Shown in pieces: positions 50,401 to 61,830 of a DNA stretch of 64,000 nt; position 1 is the first letter of the stretch; each line of letters begins with the position of its first letter. This DNA is from Eledone cirrhosa. Its lineage: Eukaryota. A program made the position numbers and the translations under genes. The DNA is taken from NCBI GenBank assembly GCA_964016885.1, contig OZ024740.1, positions 13,454,001 through 13,518,000 on the forward strand, written 5' to 3'. Below the pieces are notes generated by a model. That model had not been told where the DNA came from. It saw only the letters and a program-made list of their open reading frames with translations, and searched no databases.

Positions 50401-53400
50401 GTTCTGGTAGTCAGACTGGTGTTCTGGTAGTCAGACTGGTGTTCTGGTAGTCAGAATTGTGTTCTGGTAGTCAGACTGGTGTTCTGGTAGTCAGACTGCT
50501 GTTCTGGTAGTCAGAATAGTGTTCTGGTAGTCAGAATGGTGTTCTGGTAGTCAGAATGTTGTTCTGGTAGTCAGACTGGTGTTCTGGTAGTCAGACTGGT
50601 GTTCTGGTAGTCAGAATTGTGTTCTGGTAGTCAGACTGGTGTTCTGGTAGTCAGACTGCTGTTCTGGTAGTCAGAATAGTGTTCTGGTAGTCAGAATGGT
50701 GTTCTGGTAGTCAGACTGGTGTTCTGGTTGTCAGACTGGTGTTCTGGTAGTCAGAATTGTGTTCTGGTAGTCAGCCTGATGTTCTGGTAGTCAGACTGGT
50801 GTTCTGGTAGTCAGAATGGTATTCTGGTAGTCAGACTGGTGTTCTGGTAGTCAGACTGGTGTTCTGGTAGTCAGAATTGTGTTCTGGTAGTCAGACGGCT
50901 GTTCTGGTAGTCAGAATAGTGTTCTGGTAGTCAAAATGGTGTTCTGGTAGTCAGAATTGTGTTCTGGTAGTCAGACTGGTGTTCTGGTAGTCAGACTGCT
51001 GTTCTGGTAGTCAGAATAGTGTTCTGGTAGTCAGAATGGTGTTCTGGTAGTCAGACTGGTGTTCTGGTAGTCAGACTGGTGTTCTGGTAGTCAGAATTGT
51101 GTTCTGGTAGTCAGACTGGTGTTCTGGTAGTCAGACTGCTGTTCTGGCAGTCAGAATGGTGTTCTGGTAGTCAGAATGGTGTTCTGGTAGTCAGAATGGT
51201 GTTCTGGTAGTCAGACTGGTGTTTTGGTAGTCAGAATGGTGTTCTGGTAGTCAGAATGGTGTTCTGGTAGTCAGAATGCTGTTCTGGTAGTCAGATTGAT
51301 GTTCTGGTAGTCAGAATGGTGTTCTGGTAGTCAGACTGGAGTTTTGGTATTCAGACTGGTGTTCTGGTAGACAGACTGGTGTTCTGGTAGTCAGACTGGT
51401 ATTCTGGTAGTCAGACTGGTCTTCTGGTAGTCAGACTTCTTCTGATAGTCAGACTGGTGTTCTGGTAGTCAGAATGGTGTTCTGTTAGTCAGGATGGTGT
51501 TCTGGTAGTCAAAATGGTGTTTTGGTACTCAGAATGGTGTTCTGGTAGTCAGAATCGTGTTCTGGTAGTCAGAATGGTGTTCTGGTAGTCAGAATGGTGT
51601 TCTGGTAGACAGGATGGTGTTCTGGTAGTCAGAATGGTGTTCTGGTATACAAAATGGTGTTCTGGTAGTCAAAATGGTGTTCTGGTAGTCAGAATGGTGT
51701 TCTGGTAGACAGACTGGTGTTCTGGTAGTCAGACTGGTATTCTGGTAGTCAGACTGGTCTTCTGGTAGTCAGACTTCTTCTGATAGTCAGACTGGTTTTC
51801 TGGTAGTCAGAATGGTTCTGTTAGTCAGAATGGTGTTCTGGTAGTCGGACTGGTGTTCTGGTAGTCAGAATGGTGTTCTGGTAGTCAGACTGGAGTTTTG
51901 GTATTCAGACTGGTGTTCTGGTAGTCAGATTGGTGTTCTGGTAGTCAGAATGGTTCTGGTAGTCAGAATGGTGTTCTGGTAGTGAGAATGGTTCTGGTAG
52001 TCAGAATGGTTCTGGTAGTCAGAATGGTGTTCTGGTAGTCAGCCTGATGTTCTGGTAGTCAGAATTGTGTTCTGGTTGTAAGAATGGTGTTCTAATAGTC
52101 AGAATGGTGTTCTGGTAGTCAGCATGGTGTTCTGGTAGTCAGAATGTTGTTCTGGTAGTCAGAATCGTGTTCTGGTAGTCAGAATGGTGTTCTGGTAGTC
52201 AGAATGGTGTTCTGGTAGTCAGAATGGTGTTCTGGTAGTCAGACTTCTGTTTTGGTAGTCAGAATTGTGTTCTGGTAGTCAGAATGGTGTTCTAATAGTC
52301 AGAATGGTGTTCTGGTAGTCAGAATGGTGTTCTGGTAGTCAGAATGGTGTTCTGGTATTCAGAATGGTGTTTTGGTAGTCAAAATGTTGTTCTGGTAGTC
52401 AAAATGGTGTTCTGGTAGTCAGAATGGTGTTCTGGTATTCAGAATGGCGTTCTGGTAGTCAGAATGGTGTTCTGGTAGTCAAAATGGTGTTCTGGTAGTC
52501 GAAATGGTGTTCTGGTAGTCAGACTGGTGTTCTGGTAGTCAGACTGGTGTTCTAGTAGTCATAATGGTGTTCTGGTAGTCAGAATTGTGTTCTGGTAGTC
52601 AGAATGGTGTTCTGGTAGTCAGAATGGTGTTCTGGTAGTCAAAATGGTGTTCTGGAAGTCAGAATGGTGTTCTGGTAGTCAGAATGGTGTTCTGGTAGTC
52701 AGAATGTTGTTCTGGTAGTCAGAATCGTGTTCTGGTAGTCAGAATGGTGTTCTGGTAGTCAGAATGGTCTTCTGGTAGTCAGAATGTTGTTCTGGTAGTC
52801 AGACTGGTGTTCTGGTAGTCAGAATGGTGTTCTGGTAGTCAGCCTGGTGTTCTGGTAGTCAGACTGCTATTCTGGTAGTCAGACTGGTGTTCTGGTAGTC
52901 AGACTTGTTCTGGTAGTCAGACTAGTGTTCTGGTAGTCAGACTGGTGTTCTGGTAGTCAGAATGGTGTTCTGGTAGTCAGAATGGTTCTGGTAGTCAGAA
53001 TGGTTCTGGTAGTCAGAATGGTTCTGGTAGTCAGAATGGTGTTCTGGCAGTCAGAATGGTGTTCTGGTAGTCAGAATGGTGTTCTGGTAGTCAGACTGGT
53101 GCTATGGTAGTCAGAATTTTGTTCTGGTAGTCAGAATGGTGTTCTGGTAGTCAGAATGGTGTTCTGGTAGTCAGAATGGTGTTCTGGTAGTCAGAATGGT
53201 TCTGTTAGTGAGAATGGTGTTCTGGTAGTCAGAATGGTGTTCTGGTAGTCAGAATGGTGTTCTGGTTGTCAGAATGGTGTTCTGGTAGTCAGAATGGTTT
53301 TCTGGTAGTCAGAATGGTGTTGTGGTAGTCAGAATGGTGTTCTGGTAGTCAGAATGATTCTGGTAGTCAGAATGGTTCTGGTAGTCAGAATGGTGTTCTG

Positions 53401-53870
53401 GTAGTCAGAATGGTGTTCTGGTAGTCAGAATGGTTCTGGTAGTCAGAATGGTTCTGGTAGTCAGAATGGTGTTCTGGTAGTCAGAATGGTGTTGTGGTAG
53501 TCAGAATGGTGTTCTGGTAGTCAGCCAAAAGTTCTGTTAGTCAGACTGGTCTTCTGGTAGTCATATTGGTGTTCTGGTAGTCAGCCTGATGTTCTAGTAG
53601 ACAGACTGGTGTTCTGGTAGTCAGACTGGTGTTCTGGTAGTCAGAATGGTGTTCTGGTAGTCAGCCTGATGTTCTGGTAGATAGACTGGTGTTCTGGTAG
53701 TCAGAATGGTGTTCTGGTAGTCAGCCTGATGTTCTGGTAGACAGACTGGTGTTCGGGTAGTCAGACTGGTGTTCTGGTAGTCAGCCTGATGTTCTGGTAG
53801 ACAGTCTGGTGTTCTGGTAGTGAGAATGGTATTCTGGTAGTCAGACTGGTGTTCTGGTTTTCAGACTGGT
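44400..53870. repeat. Domain B2: divergent region homologous to B1
   Basis: Shares B1 variants (ACTTCTTCTGATAG, GGTCGAC, AAAGTCTAGTG, GCTATGG/AATTTTG, CAGCCAAAAG) and clusters of 18-bp monomers. No 21-bp marker. Confidence 0.8.
45815..49285. repeat. 1734-bp tandem duplication within B2
   Basis: Offset of 1734: AGTCTAGTG 45991/47725, TGGTATACAAAA 47281/49015, AGTCAGCCTGATG...AGACAAAC 45847/47581. Confidence 0.85.
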
Positions 53871-56560
53871 GTTCTGGTAGTCAGAATTGTGTTTCTGGAA
53901 GTCAGACTGGTGTTCTGGTAGTCAGACTGCTGTTCTGGTAGTCAGAATTGTGTTCTGGTAGTCAGAATGGTGTTCTGGTAGTCAGACTGCTGTTCTGGTA
54001 GTCAGAATAGTGTTCTGCTAGTCAGAATGGTGTTCTGGTAGTCAGAATGTTCTTCTGGTAGTCATACTGGTGTTCTGTTAGTCAGAATGGTGTTCTGGTA
54101 GTCAGCCTGATGTTCTGGTAGTCAGAATGGTATTCTGGTAGTCAGACTGGTGTTCTGGTAGTCAGACTGGTGTTCTGGTAGTCAGACTGGTGTTCCGGTA
54201 GTCAGACTGGTGTTCTGGTAGTCAGAATGGGGTTCTGGTAGTCAGACTGATGTTCTGGTAGTCAGAATTGTGCTCTGGTAATCAGAATGGTGTTCTAGTA
54301 GTCAGAATGGTGTTCTGCTAGTCGGAATGGTGTTCTGGTAGTCAGAATGGTGTTCTGGTAGTCAGAATCGTGTTCTGGTAGTCAGAATCGTGTTCTGGTA
54401 GTCAGAATGGTGTTCTGGTAGTCAGACTGGTGTTCTGGTAGTCAGACTGGTGTTCTGGTAGTCAGAATGGTGTTCTGGTAGTCAGAATGGTGTTCTGGTA
54501 GTCAGACTGATGTTCTGGTAGTCAGAATTGTGTTCTGGTAGTCAGACTGGTGTTCTAGTAGTCATAATGGTGTTCTGGTAGTCAGAATTGTGTTCTGATA
54601 GTCAGAATGGTGTTCTGGTAGTCAGAATGGTGTTCTGGTAGTCAAAATGGTGTTCTGGTAGTCAGAATGGTGTTCTGGTAGTCAGAATGGTGTTCTGGTA
54701 GTCAGAATGTTGTTCTGGTAGTCAGAATCGTGTTCTGGTAGTCAGAATGGTGTTCTGGTAGTCAGAATGGTCTTCTGGTAGTCAGAATGTTGTTCTGGTA
54801 GTCAGACTGGTGTTCTGGTAGTCAGAATGGTGTTCTGGTAGTCAGCCTGGTGTTCTGGTAGTCAGACTGCTATTCTGGTAGTCAGACTGGTGTTCTGGTA
54901 GTCAGACTTGTTCTGGTAGTCAGACTAGTGTTCTGGTAGTCAGACTGGTGTTCTGGTAGTCAGAATGGTGTTCTGGTAGTCAGAATGGTTCTGGTAGTCA
55001 GAATGGTTCTGGTAGTCAGAATGGTTCTGGTAGTCAGAATGGTGTTCTGGCAGTCAGAATGGTGTTCTGGTAGTCAGAATGGTGTTCTGGTAGTCAGACT
55101 GGTGCTATGGTAGTCAGAATTTTGTTCTGGTAGTCAGAATGGTGTTCTGGTAGTCAGAATGGTGTTCTGGTAGTCAGAATGGTGTTCTGGTAGTCAGAAT
55201 GGTTCTGTTAGTGAGAATGGTGTTCTGGTAGTCAGAATGGTGTTTTGGTAGTCAGAATGGTGTTCTGGTTGTCAGAATGGTGTTCTGGTAGTCAGAATGG
55301 TTTTCTGGTAGTCAGAATGGTGTTGTGGTAGTCAGAATGGTGTTCTGGTAGTCAGAATGATTCTGGTAGTCAGAATGGTTCTGGTAGTCAGAATGGTGTT
55401 CTGGTAGTCAGAATGGTGTTCTGGTAGTCAGAATGGTTCTGGTAGTCAGAATGGTTCTGGTAGTCAGAATGGTGTTCTGGTAGTCAGAATGGTGTTGTGG
55501 TAGTCAGAATGGTGTTCTGGTAGTCATATTGGTGTTCTGGTAGTCAGCCAAAAGTTCTGTTAGTCAGACTGGTCTTCTGGTAGTCATATTGGTGTTCTGA
55601 TAGTCAGCCTGATGTTCTGGTAGACAGACTGGTGTTCTGGTAGTCAGACTGGTGTTCTGGTAGTCAGAATGGTGTTCTGGTAGTCAGCCTGATGTTCTGG
55701 TAGATAGACTGGTGTTCTGGTAGTCTGAATGGTGTTCTGGTAGTCAGCCTGATGTTCTGGTAGACAGACTGGTGTTCGGGTAGTCAGACTGGTGTTCTGG
55801 TAGTCAGCCTGATGTTCTGGTAGACAGTCTGGTGTTCTGGTAGTGAGAATGGTATTCTGGTAGTCAGACTGGTGTTCTGGTAGTCAGACTGGTGTTCTGG
55901 TAGTCAGAATTGTGTTTCTGGAAGTCAGACTGGTGTTCTGGTAGTCAGACTGCTGTTCTGGTAGTCAGAATTGTGTTCTGGTAGTCAGAATGGTGTTCTG
56001 GTAGTCAGACTGCTGTTCTGGTAGTCAGAATAGTGTTCTGCTAGTCAGAATGGTGTTCTGGTAGTCAGAATATTGTTCTGGTAGTCAGACTGGTGTTCTG
56101 TTAGTCAGAATGGTGTTCTGGTAGTCAGCCTGATGTTCTGGTAGTCAGAATGGTATTCTGGTAGTCAGACTGGTGTTCTGGTAGTCAGACTGGTGTTCTG
56201 GTAGTCAGACTGGTGTTCCGGTAGTCAGACTGGTGTTCTGGTAGTCAGAATGGGGTTCTGGTAGTCAGACTGATGTTCTGGTAGTCAGAATTGTGCTCTG
56301 GTAATCAGAATGGTGTTCTAGTAGTCAGAATGGTGTTCTGCTAGTCGGAATGGTGTTCTGGTAGTCAGAATGGTGTTCTGGTAGTCAGAATCGTGTTCTG
56401 GTAGTCAGAATCGTGTTCTGGTAGTCAGAATGGTGTTCTGGTAGTCAGACTGGTGTTCTGGTAGTCAGACTGGTGTTCTGGTAGTCAGAATGGTGTTCTG
56501 GTAGTCAGAATGGTGTTCTGGTAGTCAGACTGATGTTCTGGTAGTCAGAATTGTGTTCTG
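52538..56560. repeat. ~2.0-kb tandem duplication spanning the B2/A3 junction
   Basis: Offset of 2003 at the start (AGACTGGTGTTCTAGTAGTCATAA 52541/54544), and 2023 after a one-monomer difference (AAAAG 53527/55550, marker 53887/55910). Confidence 0.85.
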
Positions 56561-59500
56561 GCAGTCAGAATGGTGTTCTAATAGTCAGAATGGTGTTCTG
56601 GTAGTCAGAATGGTGTTCTGGTAGTCAGAATGTTGTTCTGGTAGTCAGAATCGTGTTCTGGTAGTCAGAATGGTGTTCTGGTAGTCAGAATGGTGTTCTG
56701 GTAGTCAGAATGGTGTTCTGGTAGTCAGACTGATGTTCTGGTAGTCAGAATGGTGTTCTGGTAGTCCGAATAGTGTCCTGGTAGTCAGAATCGTGTTCTG
56801 GTAGTCAGAATGGTGTTCTGTTAGTCAGGATGGTGTTGTGGTAGTCAAAATGGTGTTTTGGTAGTCAGAATGGTGTTCTGGTAGTCAGAATGGTGTTCTG
56901 GTAGTCAGACTGGTGTTCTGGTAGTCAGAATTGTGTTTCTGGAAGTCAGACTGGTGTTCTGGTAGTCAGACTGCTGTTCTGGTAGTCAGAATTGTGTTCT
57001 GGTAGTCAGAATGGTGTTCTGGTAGTCAGACTGCTGTTCTGGTAGTCAGAATAGTGTTCTGCTACTCAGAATGGTGTTCTGGTAGTCAGACTGATGTTCT
57101 GGTAGTCAGAATGGTGTTCTGCTAGTCAGAATGGTGTTCTGGCAGTCAGACTGGTGTTCTGGTAGTGAGAATGGTGTTCTGGTAGTCAGAATGTTGTTCT
57201 GGTAGTCAGACTGGTGTTCTGTTAGTCAGAATGGTGTTCTGGTAGTCAGCCTGATGTTCTGGTAGTCATAATGGTATTCTGGTAGTCAGACTGGTGTTCT
57301 GTTAGTCAGACTGGTGTTCTGGTAGTCAGACTGATGTTCTGGTAGTCAGAATGGTATTCTGGTAGTCAGAATGGTGTTCTGGTAGTCAACATGGTGTTCT
57401 GGTAGTCAGAATGGTGTTCCGGTAGTCAGAATGGTATTCTGGTAGTCAGACTGGTGTTCTGGTAGTCTGACTGGTGTTCTGGTAGTCAGAATTGTGTTCT
57501 GGTAGTAAGCCTGAAGTTCTGGTAGTCAGACTGGTGTTCTGGTAGTCAGAATGGTATTCTGCTAGTCAGACTGGTGTTCTGGTAGTCAGACTGGTGTTCT
57601 GGTAGTCAGAATTGTGTTCTGGTAGTCAGACTGGTGTTCTGGTAGTCAGACTGCTGTTCTGGTAGTCAGAATAGTGTTCTGGTAGTCAGAATTTTGTTCT
57701 GGTAGTCAGCCTGATGTTCTGGTAGTCAGACTGGTGTTCTGGTAGTCAGAATTGTGTTCTGGTAGTCAGACTGGTGTTCTGGTAGTCAGACTGCTGTTCT
57801 GGTAGTCAGAATAGTGTTCTGGTAGTCAGAATGGTGTTCTGGTAGTCAGACTGGTGTTCTGGTAGTCAGACTGGTGTTCTGGTAGTCAGACTGCTGTTGT
57901 GGTAGTCAGAATAGTGTTCTGGTAGTCAGAATGGTGTTCTGGTAGTCAGAATGTTGTTCTGGTAGTCAGACTGGTGTTCTGTTAGTCAGAATGGTGTTCT
58001 GGTAGTCAGCCTGATGTTCTGGTAGTCAGAATGGTATTCTGGTAGTCAGACTGGTGTTCTGGTAGTCAGACTGGTGTTCTGGTAGTCAGACTGGTGTTCT
58101 GGTAGTCAGACTGGTGTTCTGGTAGTCAGAATGGTGTTCTGGTAGTCAGACTGATGTTCTGGTAGTCAGAATTGTGTTCTGGCAGTCAGAATGGTGTTCT
58201 AATAGTCAGAATGGTGTTCTGGTAGTCAGAATGGTGTTCTGGTAGTCAGAATGTTGTTCTGGTAGTCAGAATCGTGTTCTGGTAGTCAGAATGGTGTTCT
58301 GGTAGTCAGAATGGTGTTCTGGTAGTCAGACTGGTGTTCTGGTAGTCAGACTGGTGTTCTGGTAGTCAGAATTGTGTTTCTGGAAGTCAGACTGGTGTTC
58401 TGGTAGTCAGACTGCTGTTCTGGTAGTCAGAATTGTGTTCTGGTAGTCAGAATGGTGTTCTGGTAGTCAGACTGCTGTTCTGGTAGTCAGAATAGTGTTC
58501 TGCTAGTCAGAATGGTGTTCTGGTAGTCAGAATGGTGTTCTGGTAGTCAGAATGGTGTTCTGGTAGTCAGAATGTTGTTCTGGTAGTCAGAATCGTGTTC
58601 TGGTAGTCAGAATGGTGTTCTGGTAGTCAGACTGGTGTTCTGGTAGTCAGACTGGTGTTCTGGTAGTCAGAATGGTGTTCTGGTAGTCAGACTGGTGTTC
58701 TGGTAGTCAGACTGGTGTTCCGGTAGTCAGACTGGTGTTCTGGTAGTCAGAATGGGGTTCTGGTAGTCAGACTGATGTTCTGGTAGTCAGAATTGTGCTC
58801 TGGTAATCAGAATGGTGTTCTAGTAGTCAGAATGGTGTTCTGCTAGTCGGAATGGTGTTCTGGTAGTCAGAATGGTGTTCTGGTAGTCAGAATCGTGTTC
58901 TGGTAGTCAGAATCGTGTTCTGGTAGTCAGAATGGTGTTCTGGTAGTCAGACTGGTTTTCTGGTAGTCAGACTGGTGTTCTGGTAGTCAGAATGGTGTTC
59001 TGGTAGTCAGAATGGTGTTCTGGTAGTCAGACTGATGTTCTGGTAGTCAGAATTGTGTTCTGGCAGTCAGAATGGTGTTCTAATAGTCAGAATGGTGTTC
59101 TGGTAGTCAGAATGGTGTTCTGGTAGTAAGAATGTTGTTCTGGTAGTCAGAATCGTGTTCTGGTAGTCAGAATGGTGTTCTGGTAGTCAGAATGGTGTTC
59201 TGGTAGTCAGAATGGTGTTCTGGTAGTCAGACTGATGTTCTGGTAGTCAGAATGGTGTTCTGGTAGTCCGAATAGTGTCCTGGTAGTCAGAATCGTGTTC
59301 TGGTAGTCAGAATGGTGTTCTGTTAGTCAGGATGGTGTTGTGGTAGTCAAAATGGTGTTTTGGTAGTCAGAATGGTGTTCTGGTAGTCAGAATGGTGTTC
59401 TGGTAGTTAGACTGGTGTTCTGGTAGTCAGACTGGTGTTCTGGTAGTCAGAATTGTGTTCTGGTAGTCAGAATGGTGTTCTGGTAGTCAGACTGCTGTTC

Positions 59501-61830
59501 TGGTAGTCAGAATAGTGTTCTGGTAGTCAGAATGGTGTTCTGGTAGTCAGAATGTTGTTCTGGTAGTCAGACTGGTGTTCTGTTAGTCAGAATGGTGTTC
59601 TGGTAGTCAGCCTGATGTTCTGGTAGTCATAATGGTATTCTGGTAGTCAGACTGGTGCTCTGTTAGTCAGACTGGTGTTCTGGTAGTCAGACTGATGTTC
59701 TGGTAGTCAGAATGGTATTCTGGTAGTCAGAATGGTGTTCTGGTAGTCAAAATGGTGTTCTGGTAGTCAGAATGGTGTTCCGGTAGTCAGAATGGTATTC
59801 TGGTAGTCAGACTGGTGTTCTGGTAGTCTGACTGGTGTTCTGGTAGTCAGAATTGTGTTCTGGTAGTAAGCCTGATGTTCTGGTAGTCAGACTGGTCTTC
59901 TGGTAGTCAGAATGGTATTCTGCTAGTCAGACTGGTGTTCTGGTAGTCAGACTGGTGTTCTGGTAGTCAGAATTGTGTTCTGGTAGTCAGACTGGTGTTC
60001 TGGTAGTCAGACTGCTGTTCTGGTAGTCAGAATAGTGTTCTGGTAGTCAGAATTGTGTTCTGGTAGTCAGCCTGATGTTCTGGTAGTCAGACTGGTGTTC
60101 TGGTAGTCAGAATTGTGTTCTGGTAGTCAGACTGGTGTTCTGGTAGTCAGACTGCTGTTCTGGTAGTCAGAATAGTGTTCTGGTAGTCAGAATGGTGTTC
60201 TGTTAGTCAGACTGATGTTCTGGTAGTCAGAATTGTGTTCTGGCAGTCAGAATGGTGTTCTAATAGTCAGAATGGTGTTCTGGTAGTCAGAATGGTGTTC
60301 TGGTAGTCAGAATGTTGTTCTGGTAGTCAGAATCGTGTTCTGGTAGTCAGAATGGTGTTCTGGTAGTCAGAATGGTGTTCTGGTAGTCAGAATGGTGTTC
60401 TGGTAGTCAGACTGATGTTCTGGTAGTCAGAATGGTGTTCTGGTAGTCCGAATAGTGTCCTGGTAGTCAGAATGGTGTTCTGGTAGTCAGAATGGTGTTC
60501 TGTTAGTCAGGATGGTGTTGTGGTAGTCAAAATGGTGTTTTGGTAGTCACAATGGTGTTCTGGTAGTCAGAATGGTGTTCTGGTAGTCAGACTGGTGTTC
60601 TGGTAGTCAGACTGGTGTTCTGGTAGTCAGAATTGTGTTCTGGTAGTCAGACTGGTCTTCTGGTAGTCAGACTGCTGTTCTGGTAGTCAGAATAGTGTTC
60701 TGGTAGTCAGAATGGTGTTCTGGTAGTCAGAATGTTGTTCTGGTAGTCAGACTGGTGTTCTGTTAGTCAGAATGGTGTTCTGGTAGTCAGCCTGATGTTC
60801 TGGTAGTCATAATGGTATTCTGGTAGTCAGACTGGTGCTCTGTTAGTCAGACTGGTGTTCTGGTAGTCAGACTGATGTTCTGGTAGTCAGAATGGTATTC
60901 TGGTAGTCAGAATGGTGTTCTGGTAGTCAAAATGGTGTTCTGGTAGTCAGAATGGTGTTCCGGTAGTCAGAATGGTATTCTGGTAGTCAGACTGGTGTTC
61001 TGGTAGTCTGACTGGTGTTCTGGTAGTCAGAATTGTGTTCTGGTAGTAAGCCTGATATTCTGGTAGTCAGACTGGTCTTCTGGTAGTCAGAATGGTATTC
61101 TGCTAGTCAGACTGGTGTTCTGGTAGTCAGACTGGTGTTCTGGTAGTCAGAATTGTGTTCTGGTAGTCAGACTGGTGTTCTGGTAGTCAGACTGCTGTTC
61201 TGGTAGTCAGAATAGTGTTCTGGTAGTCAGAATTGTGTTCTGGTAGTCAGCCTGATGTTCTGGTAGTCAGACTGGTGTTCTGGTAGTCAGAATTGTGTTC
61301 TGGTAGTCAGACTGGTGTTCTGGTAGTCAGACTGCTGTTCTGGTAGTCAGAATAGTGTTCTGGTAGTCAGAATGGTGTTCTGGTAGTCAGACTGATGTTC
61401 TGGTAGTCAGAATTGTGTTCTGGCAGTCAGAATGGTGTTCTAATAGTCAGAATGGTGTTCTGGTAGTCAGAATGGTGTTCTGGTAGTCAGAATGTTGTTC
61501 TGGTAGTCAGAATCGTGTTCTGGTAGTCAGAATGGTGTTCTGGTAGTCAGAATGGTGTTCTGGTAGTCAGAATGGTGTTCTGGTAGTCAGACTGATGTTC
61601 TGGTAGTCAGAATGGTGTTCTGGTAGTCCGAATAGTGTCCTGGTAGTCAGAATGGTGTTCTGGTAGTCAGAATGGTGTTCTGTTAGTCAGGATGGTGTTG
61701 TGGTAGTCAAAATGGTGTTTTGGTAGTCACAATGGTGTTCTGGTAGTCAGAATGGTGTTCTGGTAGTCAGACTGGTGTTCTGGTAGTCAGACTGGTGTTC
61801 TGGTAGTCAGAATTGTGTTCTGGTAGTCAG
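53871..61830. repeat. Domain A3: shorter, rearranged HOR region (includes a second copy of the B-to-A junction at ~54540-55900)
   Basis: The 21-bp marker is at 53887, 55910, 56931 and 58372. A-type variants are present (TCCGAATAGTGTCC, TAAGCCTGA, TCTGACTGG). Confidence 0.75.
59480..61830. repeat. 1180-bp (59-monomer) tandem duplication within A3
   Basis: Offset of 1180: ACTGGTGCTC 59651/60831 and TGGTAGTCAC 60541/61721. Confidence 0.8.
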
